From Chloroflexota bacterium (lineage in GTDB: Bacteria > Chloroflexota > Dehalococcoidia > Dehalococcoidales > SURF-40), in contig JAZDKE010000013.1 of NCBI GenBank assembly GCA_043803245.1, positions 4,142 to 68,141 of the forward strand: 64,000 nt of DNA. The letters run 5' to 3'. Below the pieces are notes generated by a model, which saw only the letters and a list, made by a program, of their open reading frames with translations, did no database searches and was not told where the DNA came from. Position numbers and translations under genes: made by a program. Below are positions 26,065 through 33,675 of the stretch, in pieces (within the stretch, counting starts at the first letter, position 1; every line of letters starts with the position of its first letter).

Positions 26065-27516
26065 CTAGCGCTGCACCACTTCGCCGTAAATTTCGGGTAT
26101 GATGCTCCAGCCGCTAGCCCAGTCCTCAGAGTCCCCTGAGACCTTGTGGTAGCTGCCGCCGACCACCGAGAGCCTGGAGTCAGACAGGCCGCCGCCGCCG
26201 CCGATGGTGTAGGTGATGGTAACATCGCTCAGGGTTGGGGTGCGGCTGCCATTACCGGAGAAGACCGCCCGGAACTGAAACCAGCGGTCGCCATCGTGGA
26301 CAGGGTTAATGGCAGTGTTACTTGCGGTGTAGTAGTCACCGGTGCCGGTAGGCCCGTACCAGACCGCGCTGGCAAGCCCACCGGAAGTCGCCGCCGACCT
26401 GAGCTGGAACTTGATATCGGTGCCCGACGGCTCGGTAATGGTGAAACCGATGGTGCCGAAATCGGCGTTGCTACCGCCGTCACGGGCCTGGGAGATAAGG
26501 CTGCCGGATAGTTGGTACTGAGTCCCCCATACCAGCCTGACATTATCCACGTAAAGAAAATCGTTACCCCCCGACATTCCGATGCCATTGAAAGCAATCC
26601 GGAACTCGCCGGACATGGGGAAAGCGGAGAGGTCGATGTCGTAGAAGCGATAGGTGTCATCATCATCACCGTCAGTCCAGCTCCGCACCGTGGTCCAGTT
26701 GGTATCATCAGGGCTGACCCGGGCACTGGCTACGTCTCCAGACTCCAGGGAATCAGCCTTTGCCCAGAACTGGAGACGGACGTTGGTCTTTCCCACGAGG
26801 TTCAGCGCCCGTTCGGCGTAGCCATTCGTCCCCCGGACAAGCAGGTGGTAGCTACCCTGGTAAGGGCCGTCGTCGTCGGTAACATCAGCCAGGCCGGCGT
26901 GGCGCCACCAGGGGTAGAGCCAGCCACTGCCGCCGGACCAGCCGCCGCTTTCGAAGTCATCCGAAGCGATGATACTCGTCGCCGACGCAAGTTTAACGTC
27001 ACCGGGGCTGCTGGTGGTATCCAGGTTCGTAAGTGTGCCCGCCTCAAAATCAGCCTGGGTCGTCTGCGTCCAGCTCACCGGGGAGGGCACGCTGCCGTTC
27101 CCGGTCAGGCTGAAAGTGGCCACGCCGTTATCCAGCGTCAGGACTCGGTAGTCAGGTGTGCTCCCCGCCTCCTCAGAGTTCTCCAGGTACAGCTTGATAT
27201 TGAGGTAGCGGTAGGCTTTGATGAGCGCATTGGTGTTGGTAAGAGAGGCCTTGACCACCAGGTCGCCACTGTAGCCCGGCTGAGGACTGATGTTGTACAG
27301 GTCGCCGGTGGGCACGTCGCCGCTTAAAGTGGCGGTTTGCGAAATGAGCGAGCCCCAGTCCGGCTGGCTAACCGCCTTGCTAACGGTGGCAATATCGCCG
27401 CTGGGTTCCGACACCCCCAGGGTTAAAGCACGGTTGTTATAGGTGTAGGCGAAGCCGCCGCCGCTGACCAGCAGGACAAGCAGTAACACCCCCGCAAACC
27501 ACAACTTCTTCGGCAT
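26065..27516 (-). CDS. Secreted fibre-subunit paralog with large inserted domains (P3)
   Basis: 483-aa ORF with signal peptide ..LVSGGGFAYTY and the same core blocks as P1, P2 and P4. About 300 aa are inserted before the last core strands, and the C-terminus is PEIYGEVVQR. Confidence 0.65.
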   Translation of the reverse strand: MPKKLWFAGVLLLVLLVSGGGFAYTYNNRALTLGVSEPSGDIATVSKAVSQPDWGSLISQTATLSGDVPTGDLYNISPQPGYSGDLVVKASLTNTNALIKAYRYLNIKLYLENSEEAGSTPDYRVLTLDNGVATFSLTGNGSVPSPVSWTQTTQADFEAGTLTNLDTTSSPGDVKLASATSIIASDDFESGGWSGGSGWLYPWWRHAGLADVTDDDGPYQGSYHLLVRGTNGYAERALNLVGKTNVRLQFWAKADSLESGDVASARVSPDDTNWTTVRSWTDGDDDDTYRFYDIDLSAFPMSGEFRIAFNGIGMSGGNDFLYVDNVRLVWGTQYQLSGSLISQARDGGSNADFGTIGFTITEPSGTDIKFQLRSAATSGGLASAVWYGPTGTGDYYTASNTAINPVHDGDRWFQFRAVFSGNGSRTPTLSDVTITYTIGGGGGLSDSRLSVVGGSYHKVSGDSEDWASGWSIIPEIYGEVVQR

Positions 27517-27543
27517 TTGCCTTATCCCACGGCCCAGGGCAGC

Positions 27544-28068
27544 CTATCGCTGGGTAACTTCGAGAAAGAGCTGCGGCTGGACGCTGCCACCGGTGAGCGA
27601 TTTCCAGGGATGAAGTTTGTAGCCGCCGCCCGATAGCTTAACCTTGTAAGGCCCCGTACCGGTGCCGTTGGCCCAGGTGAACAGGACGCTGCCATTCTGG
27701 AGGTTGAGCACCTGAATCTGCCCCTGTTCGTCAACGATGTTGCCGCCGTTATCAACCAGCGTAAGCGACATATTCAGGTGATTATACTGGCGGATGAGCT
27801 GGCCGGCGTTCACCAGGTCAACCCTGACGGCCAGGTCCCCGGTGTAGCTGCCGTTCGGTGTGATGTTGAAAAGCGTGCCCGTTGGCCAGGTGCCGGTGAA
27901 ATTGCCGAAGACGGTGGGCGCGGTGATGTTGCCCGATGTCACCGTGGCGAAGTCCGATTCCGCGGCGTTAACCCCGATGGTCGTGGTCGCCGTGGTGAAA
28001 GTAAAGGCATACATACCCAGGCTACCCACCAGCACCACCGCAAAAATTATGATGATGAGTCTCTTCAT
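27544..28068 (-). CDS. Small secreted fibre-subunit paralog (P2)
   Basis: GGAGG lies 8 nt upstream of ATG 28068. The 174-aa product has signal peptide ..LVGSLGMYAFTF and blocks SDFATV, TGTLFNITP..GDLAVRVDLVN, LNLQNGSVLF, GGGYK and PQLFLEVTQR. Confidence 0.7.
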   Translation of the reverse strand: MKRLIIIIFAVVLVGSLGMYAFTFTTATTTIGVNAAESDFATVTSGNITAPTVFGNFTGTWPTGTLFNITPNGSYTGDLAVRVDLVNAGQLIRQYNHLNMSLTLVDNGGNIVDEQGQIQVLNLQNGSVLFTWANGTGTGPYKVKLSGGGYKLHPWKSLTGGSVQPQLFLEVTQR

Positions 28069-28129
28069 CTTACTGCCCTCCAAGAATATTCCTGTCCCAT
28101 ATCCTACTCTCTTCCCAGCTTTTACTCAA

Positions 28130-28158
28130 ACGGGGCTCTCGTTAGCCGAGAGCCCCGT
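28130..28158 (-). terminator. Strong stem-loop immediately after the P1 gene (attenuator candidate)
   Basis: ACGGGGCTCTCG / CGAGAGCCCCGT form a 12-bp stem with a 5-nt loop. On the minus strand it is followed by TTTGAG. Confidence 0.45.
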
Positions 28159-28185
28159 CTTACCATTCAAGCCATCAAGCTAAAA

Positions 28186-28773
28186 TTAGCCGGCCTGAAC
28201 CACATCCGCGTAAAGCGTCGGACCATAGATGCTGCCGGAGATGAATGCCCAGGGGAAAGCGCGGTAGATGCCGCCGGTGGTCCTGATGTAGTAGGTCGTG
28301 CCGCCGGTCAGGCTGTCGGCGAGGAAGGTAACGACGCCGTTGTTCAGGGTGAGCGGCTTCGTTATCCCCTCGCTGTCAACCGGAGTGCCGTTGAAAGCGG
28401 TCAGTTGGAGCTTCATCAGGAACATGCCGTAGGTCTTGGAAAGCTGGTCAAGGTTGGTGAGATAGACGCTCACCTCAAGGTCTCCGGGGTAACCAGTTGC
28501 CGGGGTGAGGTTAAACAGGTTGCCCGAGCCGATGGCGCCGCGGTAGCTGCCGAACACGCTGTAGCTGGCCACGGTGTTGTTGGCGGCTACACTGGCGAAA
28601 TCATTGCCACCGGAGGTGGCGGTAATGTCCGTGGACGCCGAGGTGTAGGTGAAGGCGAACATGGTAGCGCTGGCCACAAAAGCCAGTGCCAGGGCACCCA
28701 CCAGCACCTGCCGGAACGCGCCCATCTTGGTAAAACTCTGTGCTATTTTCTTTTTTTGCTCCTTGCTAAACAA
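28186..28773 (-). CDS. Small secreted fibre-subunit paralog (P1)
   Basis: 195-aa ORF with a basic n-region, signal peptide ..FVASATMFAFTY and blocks NDFASV, GNLFNLTP..GDLEVSVYLTN, LTLNNGVVTF and TGGIYR. The start is uncertain (TTG 28773 or Met17). Confidence 0.7.
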   Translation of the reverse strand: MFSKEQKKKIAQSFTKMGAFRQVLVGALALAFVASATMFAFTYTSASTDITATSGGNDFASVAANNTVASYSVFGSYRGAIGSGNLFNLTPATGYPGDLEVSVYLTNLDQLSKTYGMFLMKLQLTAFNGTPVDSEGITKPLTLNNGVVTFLADSLTGGTTYYIRTTGGIYRAFPWAFISGSIYGPTLYADVVQAG

Positions 28774-28863
28774 ATTCTTCGGTATAGCTAGTATCTTATG
28801 ATTAAATCAATTGCCCTTTTTCGGGCGCATGACACATTATTCTCCATCACATACTCTCACCTC

Positions 28864-29643
28864 CTATTTCAGCTCGGACATGAACGAGAGGAACCGTTCC
28901 CTGAGGCCGCTCTTAAAGGTATCAAAGTCGCTTTTGGTGATATAGTCACCCTTCGGCCCGCCATCTGAACTCTGAGGCAGGGCGGGGCTGTTCTGTCCCA
29001 CGATTATCAGCCGGCGGTGCCGCTCGTTAGTCACCAGCTTGTAGAGGATAATCTCAAGCTCGTGGCTTATGACATCCTCGGCCAGGGAAAGGGCTTTCGC
29101 CGCCTGTTCCAGGGTACTGCCGCCGGCCAGGTGCCGCATTATCTCCGCCTCGCGGGGCGTGAGACGGGCCATCATATCAGCCAGGCTGCCGCCAATCGAA
29201 CCGAACCGCTCGAACTCGTCGAGCGCCCGCCTGGCGATTTGGGGTTTAAGCAGCGCCCGGCTGATGGGATTAGCGCCCTGGACAACCTCGTTGATGATGT
29301 CAATCAGGTCGCCGGGGTCAATGTCTTTGGTAACACAGGCGCTGGCCCCGCTTTTCAAGGCGAAGTAGAATTTCTCTTCGTTTTCGCTTTCCATCACTAA
29401 AATCACCGAGACCTCGGGCAGGGTCTGCTTGATGCGGCCGGTGGCTTCGCTGCCCGTTAACCGCCCATGTTCGGCGTTCAAAATTGCGATGCGGGGCGGC
29501 TTCTGCTCGATGAAGGCCAGGGCTTCTTCGCTTGAGGTTGTCTCGCCGATAACCTCGATATCCTCTTCTCCGGACAGGGTAAAGTGGATACCTTCCCGGA
29601 AGAGTACCTGCCAATCTGATAAAAATACGGTGACTTTTTCCAT
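28864..29643 (-). CDS. LuxR/NarL-type response-regulator-like protein with a degenerate receiver
   Basis: 259-aa ORF with a C-terminal LuxR HTH (TPREAEIMRHLAGGSTLEQAAKALSLAEDVISHEL). The receiver-like N-half has SD in place of the acidic DD pair and N in place of the phospho-acceptor Asp (..IAILNAE..). Confidence 0.7.
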   Translation of the reverse strand: MEKVTVFLSDWQVLFREGIHFTLSGEEDIEVIGETTSSEEALAFIEQKPPRIAILNAEHGRLTGSEATGRIKQTLPEVSVILVMESENEEKFYFALKSGASACVTKDIDPGDLIDIINEVVQGANPISRALLKPQIARRALDEFERFGSIGGSLADMMARLTPREAEIMRHLAGGSTLEQAAKALSLAEDVISHELEIILYKLVTNERHRRLIIVGQNSPALPQSSDGGPKGDYITKSDFDTFKSGLRERFLSFMSELK

Positions 29644-29698
29644 GCCTGTCTTATTCTGTCTTAGTTACCGGGGTACTTGGTTTTACCCGATTAGTTTA

Positions 29699-29773
29699 AA
29701 ACTAACACACAATCGTAAAGATGCCCATAAAAATCATAAATATTTCATAAAGGTTTCGTTAAGGTTTCGTAAA
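29699..29773 (-). promoter_or_regulatory. Phased six-repeat array plus -10 element upstream of the LuxR-type gene / subunit operon
   Basis: Minus-strand sequence: TTTACGAAACC TTAACGAAACC TTTATGAAATA TTTATGATT TTTATGGGCATC TTTACGATTGT. Repeats start at 29773, 29762, 29751, 29740, 29731 and 29719. TAGTTT lies at 29699-29704. The first repeat is 130 nt from the start codon. Confidence 0.7.
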
Positions 29774-29835
29774 TAATAAAGAGGCGTTCCACCCCACTCG
29801 CCGCCACCCCATCGGGGTCATCCTGGACTACGTAA

Positions 29836-30528
29836 CTATGGACGGATAAACTTGTAGCCCATACCGTGCTCGGTGGTGATGATGGCCGGGACTTCGACGT
29901 TGTCGCCCAGCTTCTGCCGGAGGTGCTGGATATGCACCCGGAGCAGGTCGCGGGAGTCGCCGTAGTCATCCCCCCAGATCCTGGTTAGCAGGGTCTCGTG
30001 GGAGAGCAGGCGACCCTCGTTTTTAATCAATTGATAAAGCAGCTTATACTCGGTGGCGGTGAGTTTGACCGGCTTATCGTGCACCTTTACCTCACCGCTG
30101 GCAAAATCCACCCACAGTTTGCCGCTGGCAAACGGCTCCTGCTCGCTACCGGCCACCACCCGGCCCTGGACGCGGCGCAGGACCGCCTGTACCCGGGCCA
30201 TTAGCTCAACGTGGCTGAACGGCTTGGTGATATAGTCGTCGGCCCCCAGCTCAAGACCGCGGGCGACATCGACATCTTCGCCGCGCACGGTAAGCATGAT
30301 GACCGGCACCTGAGAAAACCGCCTTATCTCGCGCAGCGTCTCGAAACCGTCCATGTCCGGCAGGCCCACGTCAAGAATGACCAGGTCGGGGGTCTCGGCC
30401 TCGACCATTTCCAGTCCGCTCTTGCCCGAACCGGCGGAGACTACCTGGGTGCCACTCCAGCGCATCTTGAAGCACAGCGAGACCACTTCAACGATTTCAC
30501 TCGAGTCGTCAACTACCAGCACCTTCAC
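29836..30528 (-). CDS. OmpR/PhoB-family response regulator
   Basis: 230-aa ORF with a canonical receiver (VVDDS, LVILDVGLPD, KPF) and a winged-helix C-terminus. Confidence 0.88.
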   Translation of the reverse strand: MKVLVVDDSSEIVEVVSLCFKMRWSGTQVVSAGSGKSGLEMVEAETPDLVILDVGLPDMDGFETLREIRRFSQVPVIMLTVRGEDVDVARGLELGADDYITKPFSHVELMARVQAVLRRVQGRVVAGSEQEPFASGKLWVDFASGEVKVHDKPVKLTATEYKLLYQLIKNEGRLLSHETLLTRIWGDDYGDSRDLLRVHIQHLRQKLGDNVEVPAIITTEHGMGYKFIRP

Positions 30529-31271
30529 TTGCTACCAACCTCCGGCGAAGGGTTTTTATCCAGGGGCAAAGAGAAGAAAAAGCTGGAACCTTTGGCCTCC
30601 TCGCTCTCCAGCCACACTTTGCCACCGTGTTTTTCCACCAGCGACCGGGTGATGGTCAGGCCGAGACCACTGCCGACCAGCTTGCCGCTGCCCCGTCCCA
30701 TCTGATAGTAAGGCTTGAAGATGTTCTCCCACTCCCGGCGCGGAATACCGACTCCGGTATCGCTCACCCGGGTAACGAGCGTGTTACCATCCTGCCAGAC
30801 CGAAAGCGCGATACGACCGCCATCCGGGGTGAAATTGCCGGCATTAGACAGCAAATTCTCCAGGATTTGCTCAAGACACCGCCGGTCAGCCCTGACCCTG
30901 GGCAGCGAGTTGGGAATGTCCAGAATTAGCTGCTGACCCCGGCCCTGAAAGATGGCGTAAATTTGAGTGGTGACACTCGAAATCAAGTGCCCCAGGTCAA
31001 GCGTCTCGGGGGACAGATGTACATCCGCCACCAGCCACTGCGTCACTTTAGAAAGGTCGGAAAGTCTCTCTTTGAGACGGTGGGCGTTACGGATGATGCT
31101 GCAAATAAGCCGACCAGTGTTACTTTGCTCATTCTGGTTGAGTTCTTCGCCCAGAAGCTCCGCGGACACGATAATGGCACTGAGCGGGGTCTTGAGCTCG
31201 TGCATGATGGTGGCGGTGTAGTCTACTCCCCGACGGTTAGCAGCCGTGGCGGCTTCTATCGGTTTACCCAT
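30525..31271 (-). CDS. Histidine kinase core without a recognisable sensor or TM domain
   Basis: 248-aa ORF with the H-box IMHELKTPLSAI starting about residue 23, plus N, G1 (DTGVGI) and G2 (GSGLGL) boxes. Its stop overlaps the regulator start (4 nt). Confidence 0.85.
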   Translation of the reverse strand: MGKPIEAATAANRRGVDYTATIMHELKTPLSAIIVSAELLGEELNQNEQSNTGRLICSIIRNAHRLKERLSDLSKVTQWLVADVHLSPETLDLGHLISSVTTQIYAIFQGRGQQLILDIPNSLPRVRADRRCLEQILENLLSNAGNFTPDGGRIALSVWQDGNTLVTRVSDTGVGIPRREWENIFKPYYQMGRGSGKLVGSGLGLTITRSLVEKHGGKVWLESEEAKGSSFFFSLPLDKNPSPEVGSK

Positions 31272-31356
31272 GGCTCGATGTTGCCATTATATCACCTTAC
31301 TGACCGATAACCAAGTCATATAAAGAAGACCGGAGGAAAACCGAACTCAGGTCCCA

Positions 31357-31737
31357 TTAATCACGCAGGCTACGCGCGATATTTTTCAGCATGGTGAGGA
31401 CGCTGACCACCGCCCGCTGCACTTCCGGCGGTTCCTGCCCGAGAACACTGGCCACATAAGGGTCAAGGCGGCCGCCGGTGTAATTATTACCTCTCTCGGC
31501 CACGCCGGCGCTGTGCCGCGAGAGATAGCCGGCCAGGTAAAAAAGCTCGTCTTCATCAAAACCCAGCGGCCCGGCGATACGGTGCAGGATGTGGGCCGAG
31601 GGGAAGCGCTGGCCTCTCTCCACCCGGCCCAGGTGCGAGGGAGAGACCCCGGACTTCGCCGAAAGCTGCTGCAATGTCATATCCCCCGCAACCCGCTGCT
31701 GCTTGATGATTTTGCCCAGTTCCTTTCCTTCCGTCAT
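31357..31737 (-). CDS. XRE-family HTH transcriptional regulator
   Basis: HTH MTLQQLSAKSGVSPSHLGRVERGQR. The start is placed at the Met of MTEGKELGK (31737) because the promoter at 31762-31791 lies inside the longer track ORF. Confidence 0.75.
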   Translation of the reverse strand: MTEGKELGKIIKQQRVAGDMTLQQLSAKSGVSPSHLGRVERGQRFPSAHILHRIAGPLGFDEDELFYLAGYLSRHSAGVAERGNNYTGGRLDPYVASVLGQEPPEVQRAVVSVLTMLKNIARSLRD

Positions 31738-31761
31738 CGCCCCCACCTTTAGTCCTGCCTG

Positions 31762-31791
31762 ATTATAGATTTGCCAAATGGCAAATGTCAA
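31762..31791 (-). promoter_or_regulatory. Consensus promoter with an 18-nt palindromic operator in its spacer
   Basis: On the minus strand: TTGACA (31786-31791), an 18-nt spacer, then TATAAT (31762-31767). The spacer is the near-perfect palindrome ATTTGCCA-AA-TGGCAAAT (31769-31786). Confidence 0.6.
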
Positions 31792-31987
31792 CATAGCCGG
31801 TGATTTTTGCCAGTAAAACCAATATATCGTGCCGGCATGAATTATCCATAAAAAATCCATAAAATAAGTGTATATTTTTAACCGAAGTATGAACCGGCAC
31901 CGACCGAGAGCCTCCCTTTCACCTAATTTATACTTCGGTCAATGTTCCCCCTTCCTTGACGGCCAAACCCGGCGCGGCTAGAATAGC

Positions 31988-33406
31988 ATGGCTAAACGTA
32001 AGATGAGCAAATATTACGACATCATCATCGTTGGCGGCGGGCCGTCGGGCATCTTCGCCGCCCTGGAGCTGGTCAAAGAGAATAACTGTAACATACTGCT
32101 GGTGGAAAAAGGGCGCGATATCGAAGGCCGCCACTGCCCCGCCCACCATACCGAAAGCGCCTGCCGCGCCTGCTCTCCCTGCCACCTGGTCTGCGGCCTG
32201 GGCGGCGCCGGAGCTTACAGCGACGGCAAGCTGACCCTAAGCGGCGAGGTGGGCGGCCGTCTCCCCGACTACCTGGGGATGAAAGACACTCTTGCGCTGA
32301 TTGGCCAGGTCGATGACACCTACCTCAGTTTCGGGGCGCCGACCGAGCTTTTCGGCACCGGCCCGAAAGTCACCGAGTGGCAGCGGAAGGCTAGCCTGGC
32401 CGGTCTGAAGCTTACCGGGGTGCCCATTCGCCACATGGGAACGGAGCGCTCCCGCGCCGTTCTTGGGGCGATGCGGGACTACCTGACTGAAGGTTTGGAA
32501 CTCAAGCTGGAGACCACCGTGAGTTCGGTCGTCACCGATGGCGGTGCGGTAAAAGGCATCGTCACCGAGTCGGGGGAGCAATACACCTGCCGTTACCTGG
32601 TACTGGCCCCGGGCCGCGAAGGGTCTGACTGGCTTTCCCGGGAAACCGGCCGCCTCGGCCTGACCATGCACCAGAACCCGGTTGACGTCGGCGTCCGGGT
32701 GGAAGTCGCCTCGGCGGTGATGGCCGAGCTGACCAACGACCTGTACGAGGCCAAGCTCGAATTCCTGCCCCGGAACTTCCACGACCACATCCGCACCTTC
32801 TGCATGTGTCCCGGCGGCGAGGTCATCATGGAGTCCACCGGCGGCGCTGACCCGGTTATCACCGTAAACGGCCACAGCTACGCTAACCGCCAGAGCGAGA
32901 ACACCAACTTCGCCCTGCTGGTCAGCACCAGCTTCACCATGCCTTTCCACGAGCCAATCGCCTACGGTAAATACCTGGCCCGCCTGGCCAACCTCTTGAG
33001 CGGCGGCATCCTGGTGCAACGCCTGGGCGACCTGCGTGATGGTCACCGGTCAACCCCGGCCCGCATTGAACAGGGAAAGGTTCAGCCTACCCTGAAATGC
33101 GCCACGCCGGGCGACCTCAGCTTCGCTCTGCCCTACCGTCACCTCTCCGGGCTACTGGAAATGCTCGGGGCAATGGAACGGCTGGTGCCCGCCGTAGCTG
33201 CCGACGACACTCTCCTCTACGGACTTGAGGTCAAGTTCTACTCCTCCCGCCCCGAACTGAGCCCGAACCTGGAAACCGAGGTCAAGAACCTTTTCGCGGT
33301 GGGCGATGGCGCGGGTGTGAGCCGCGGTCTCATCCAGGCATCGGCTTCCGGGGTGGTTGCCGCCCGCGAAATTAAGCGTCGCCTTAAAGTCCCCGTCCCC
33401 GGTTGA
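31988..33406 (+). CDS. FAD-dependent oxidoreductase (COG2509-like)
   Basis: 472-aa ORF with the dinucleotide-binding motif YDIIIVGGGPSGIFAA and a C-terminal GDGAG motif. Confidence 0.75.
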   Translation: MAKRKMSKYYDIIIVGGGPSGIFAALELVKENNCNILLVEKGRDIEGRHCPAHHTESACRACSPCHLVCGLGGAGAYSDGKLTLSGEVGGRLPDYLGMKDTLALIGQVDDTYLSFGAPTELFGTGPKVTEWQRKASLAGLKLTGVPIRHMGTERSRAVLGAMRDYLTEGLELKLETTVSSVVTDGGAVKGIVTESGEQYTCRYLVLAPGREGSDWLSRETGRLGLTMHQNPVDVGVRVEVASAVMAELTNDLYEAKLEFLPRNFHDHIRTFCMCPGGEVIMESTGGADPVITVNGHSYANRQSENTNFALLVSTSFTMPFHEPIAYGKYLARLANLLSGGILVQRLGDLRDGHRSTPARIEQGKVQPTLKCATPGDLSFALPYRHLSGLLEMLGAMERLVPAVAADDTLLYGLEVKFYSSRPELSPNLETEVKNLFAVGDGAGVSRGLIQASASGVVAAREIKRRLKVPVPG

Positions 33407-33431
33407 CAACGGCCTCGCAGCGGTTTATCAT
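33403..33431 (+). promoter_or_regulatory. Sigma70-like promoter for rpsU
   Basis: TTGACA (33403-33408), a 17-nt spacer, then TATCAT (33426-33431). A TGCCA-n6-TGGCA hairpin follows in the leader. Confidence 0.45.
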
Positions 33432-33465
33432 TGCCATGGTTTTGGCAAAAAGGGGGGGATGATAT

Positions 33466-33675
33466 TTGAGTGAAGTCAGAGCTCAGGGAAACGAAGGCTT
33501 TGAAAGTTTGCTCAAACGCTTCGCCAAAAAAGTCCAGCAGGACGGCATTTTATCAGAGATAAGGAAAGGGGAACATTACGAGAAACCCAGCGTCCAGAAA
33601 AAGCGCAAAGCTGCCGCCAAAAAACGCAAGAGCATCCGTTCCTCCCGACCAAAAAATAGCGGCGGTGTAAATTGA
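33466..33675 (+). CDS. rpsU: 30S ribosomal protein S21
   Basis: 69-aa basic ORF with a TTG start. The pattern ..ESLLKRFAKKVQQDGILSEIRK.EHYEKPS..KRK.. is typical of S21. Confidence 0.88.
   Translation: MSEVRAQGNEGFESLLKRFAKKVQQDGILSEIRKGEHYEKPSVQKKRKAAAKKRKSIRSSRPKNSGGVN

Noticed and set aside
27778-28791. 337-aa + strand ORF spanning the P1/P2 subunit genes.
   Set aside because: It is antisense to two ORFs that have signal peptides, RBSs and paralog conservation. It crosses an intergenic hairpin and has a low-complexity translation.
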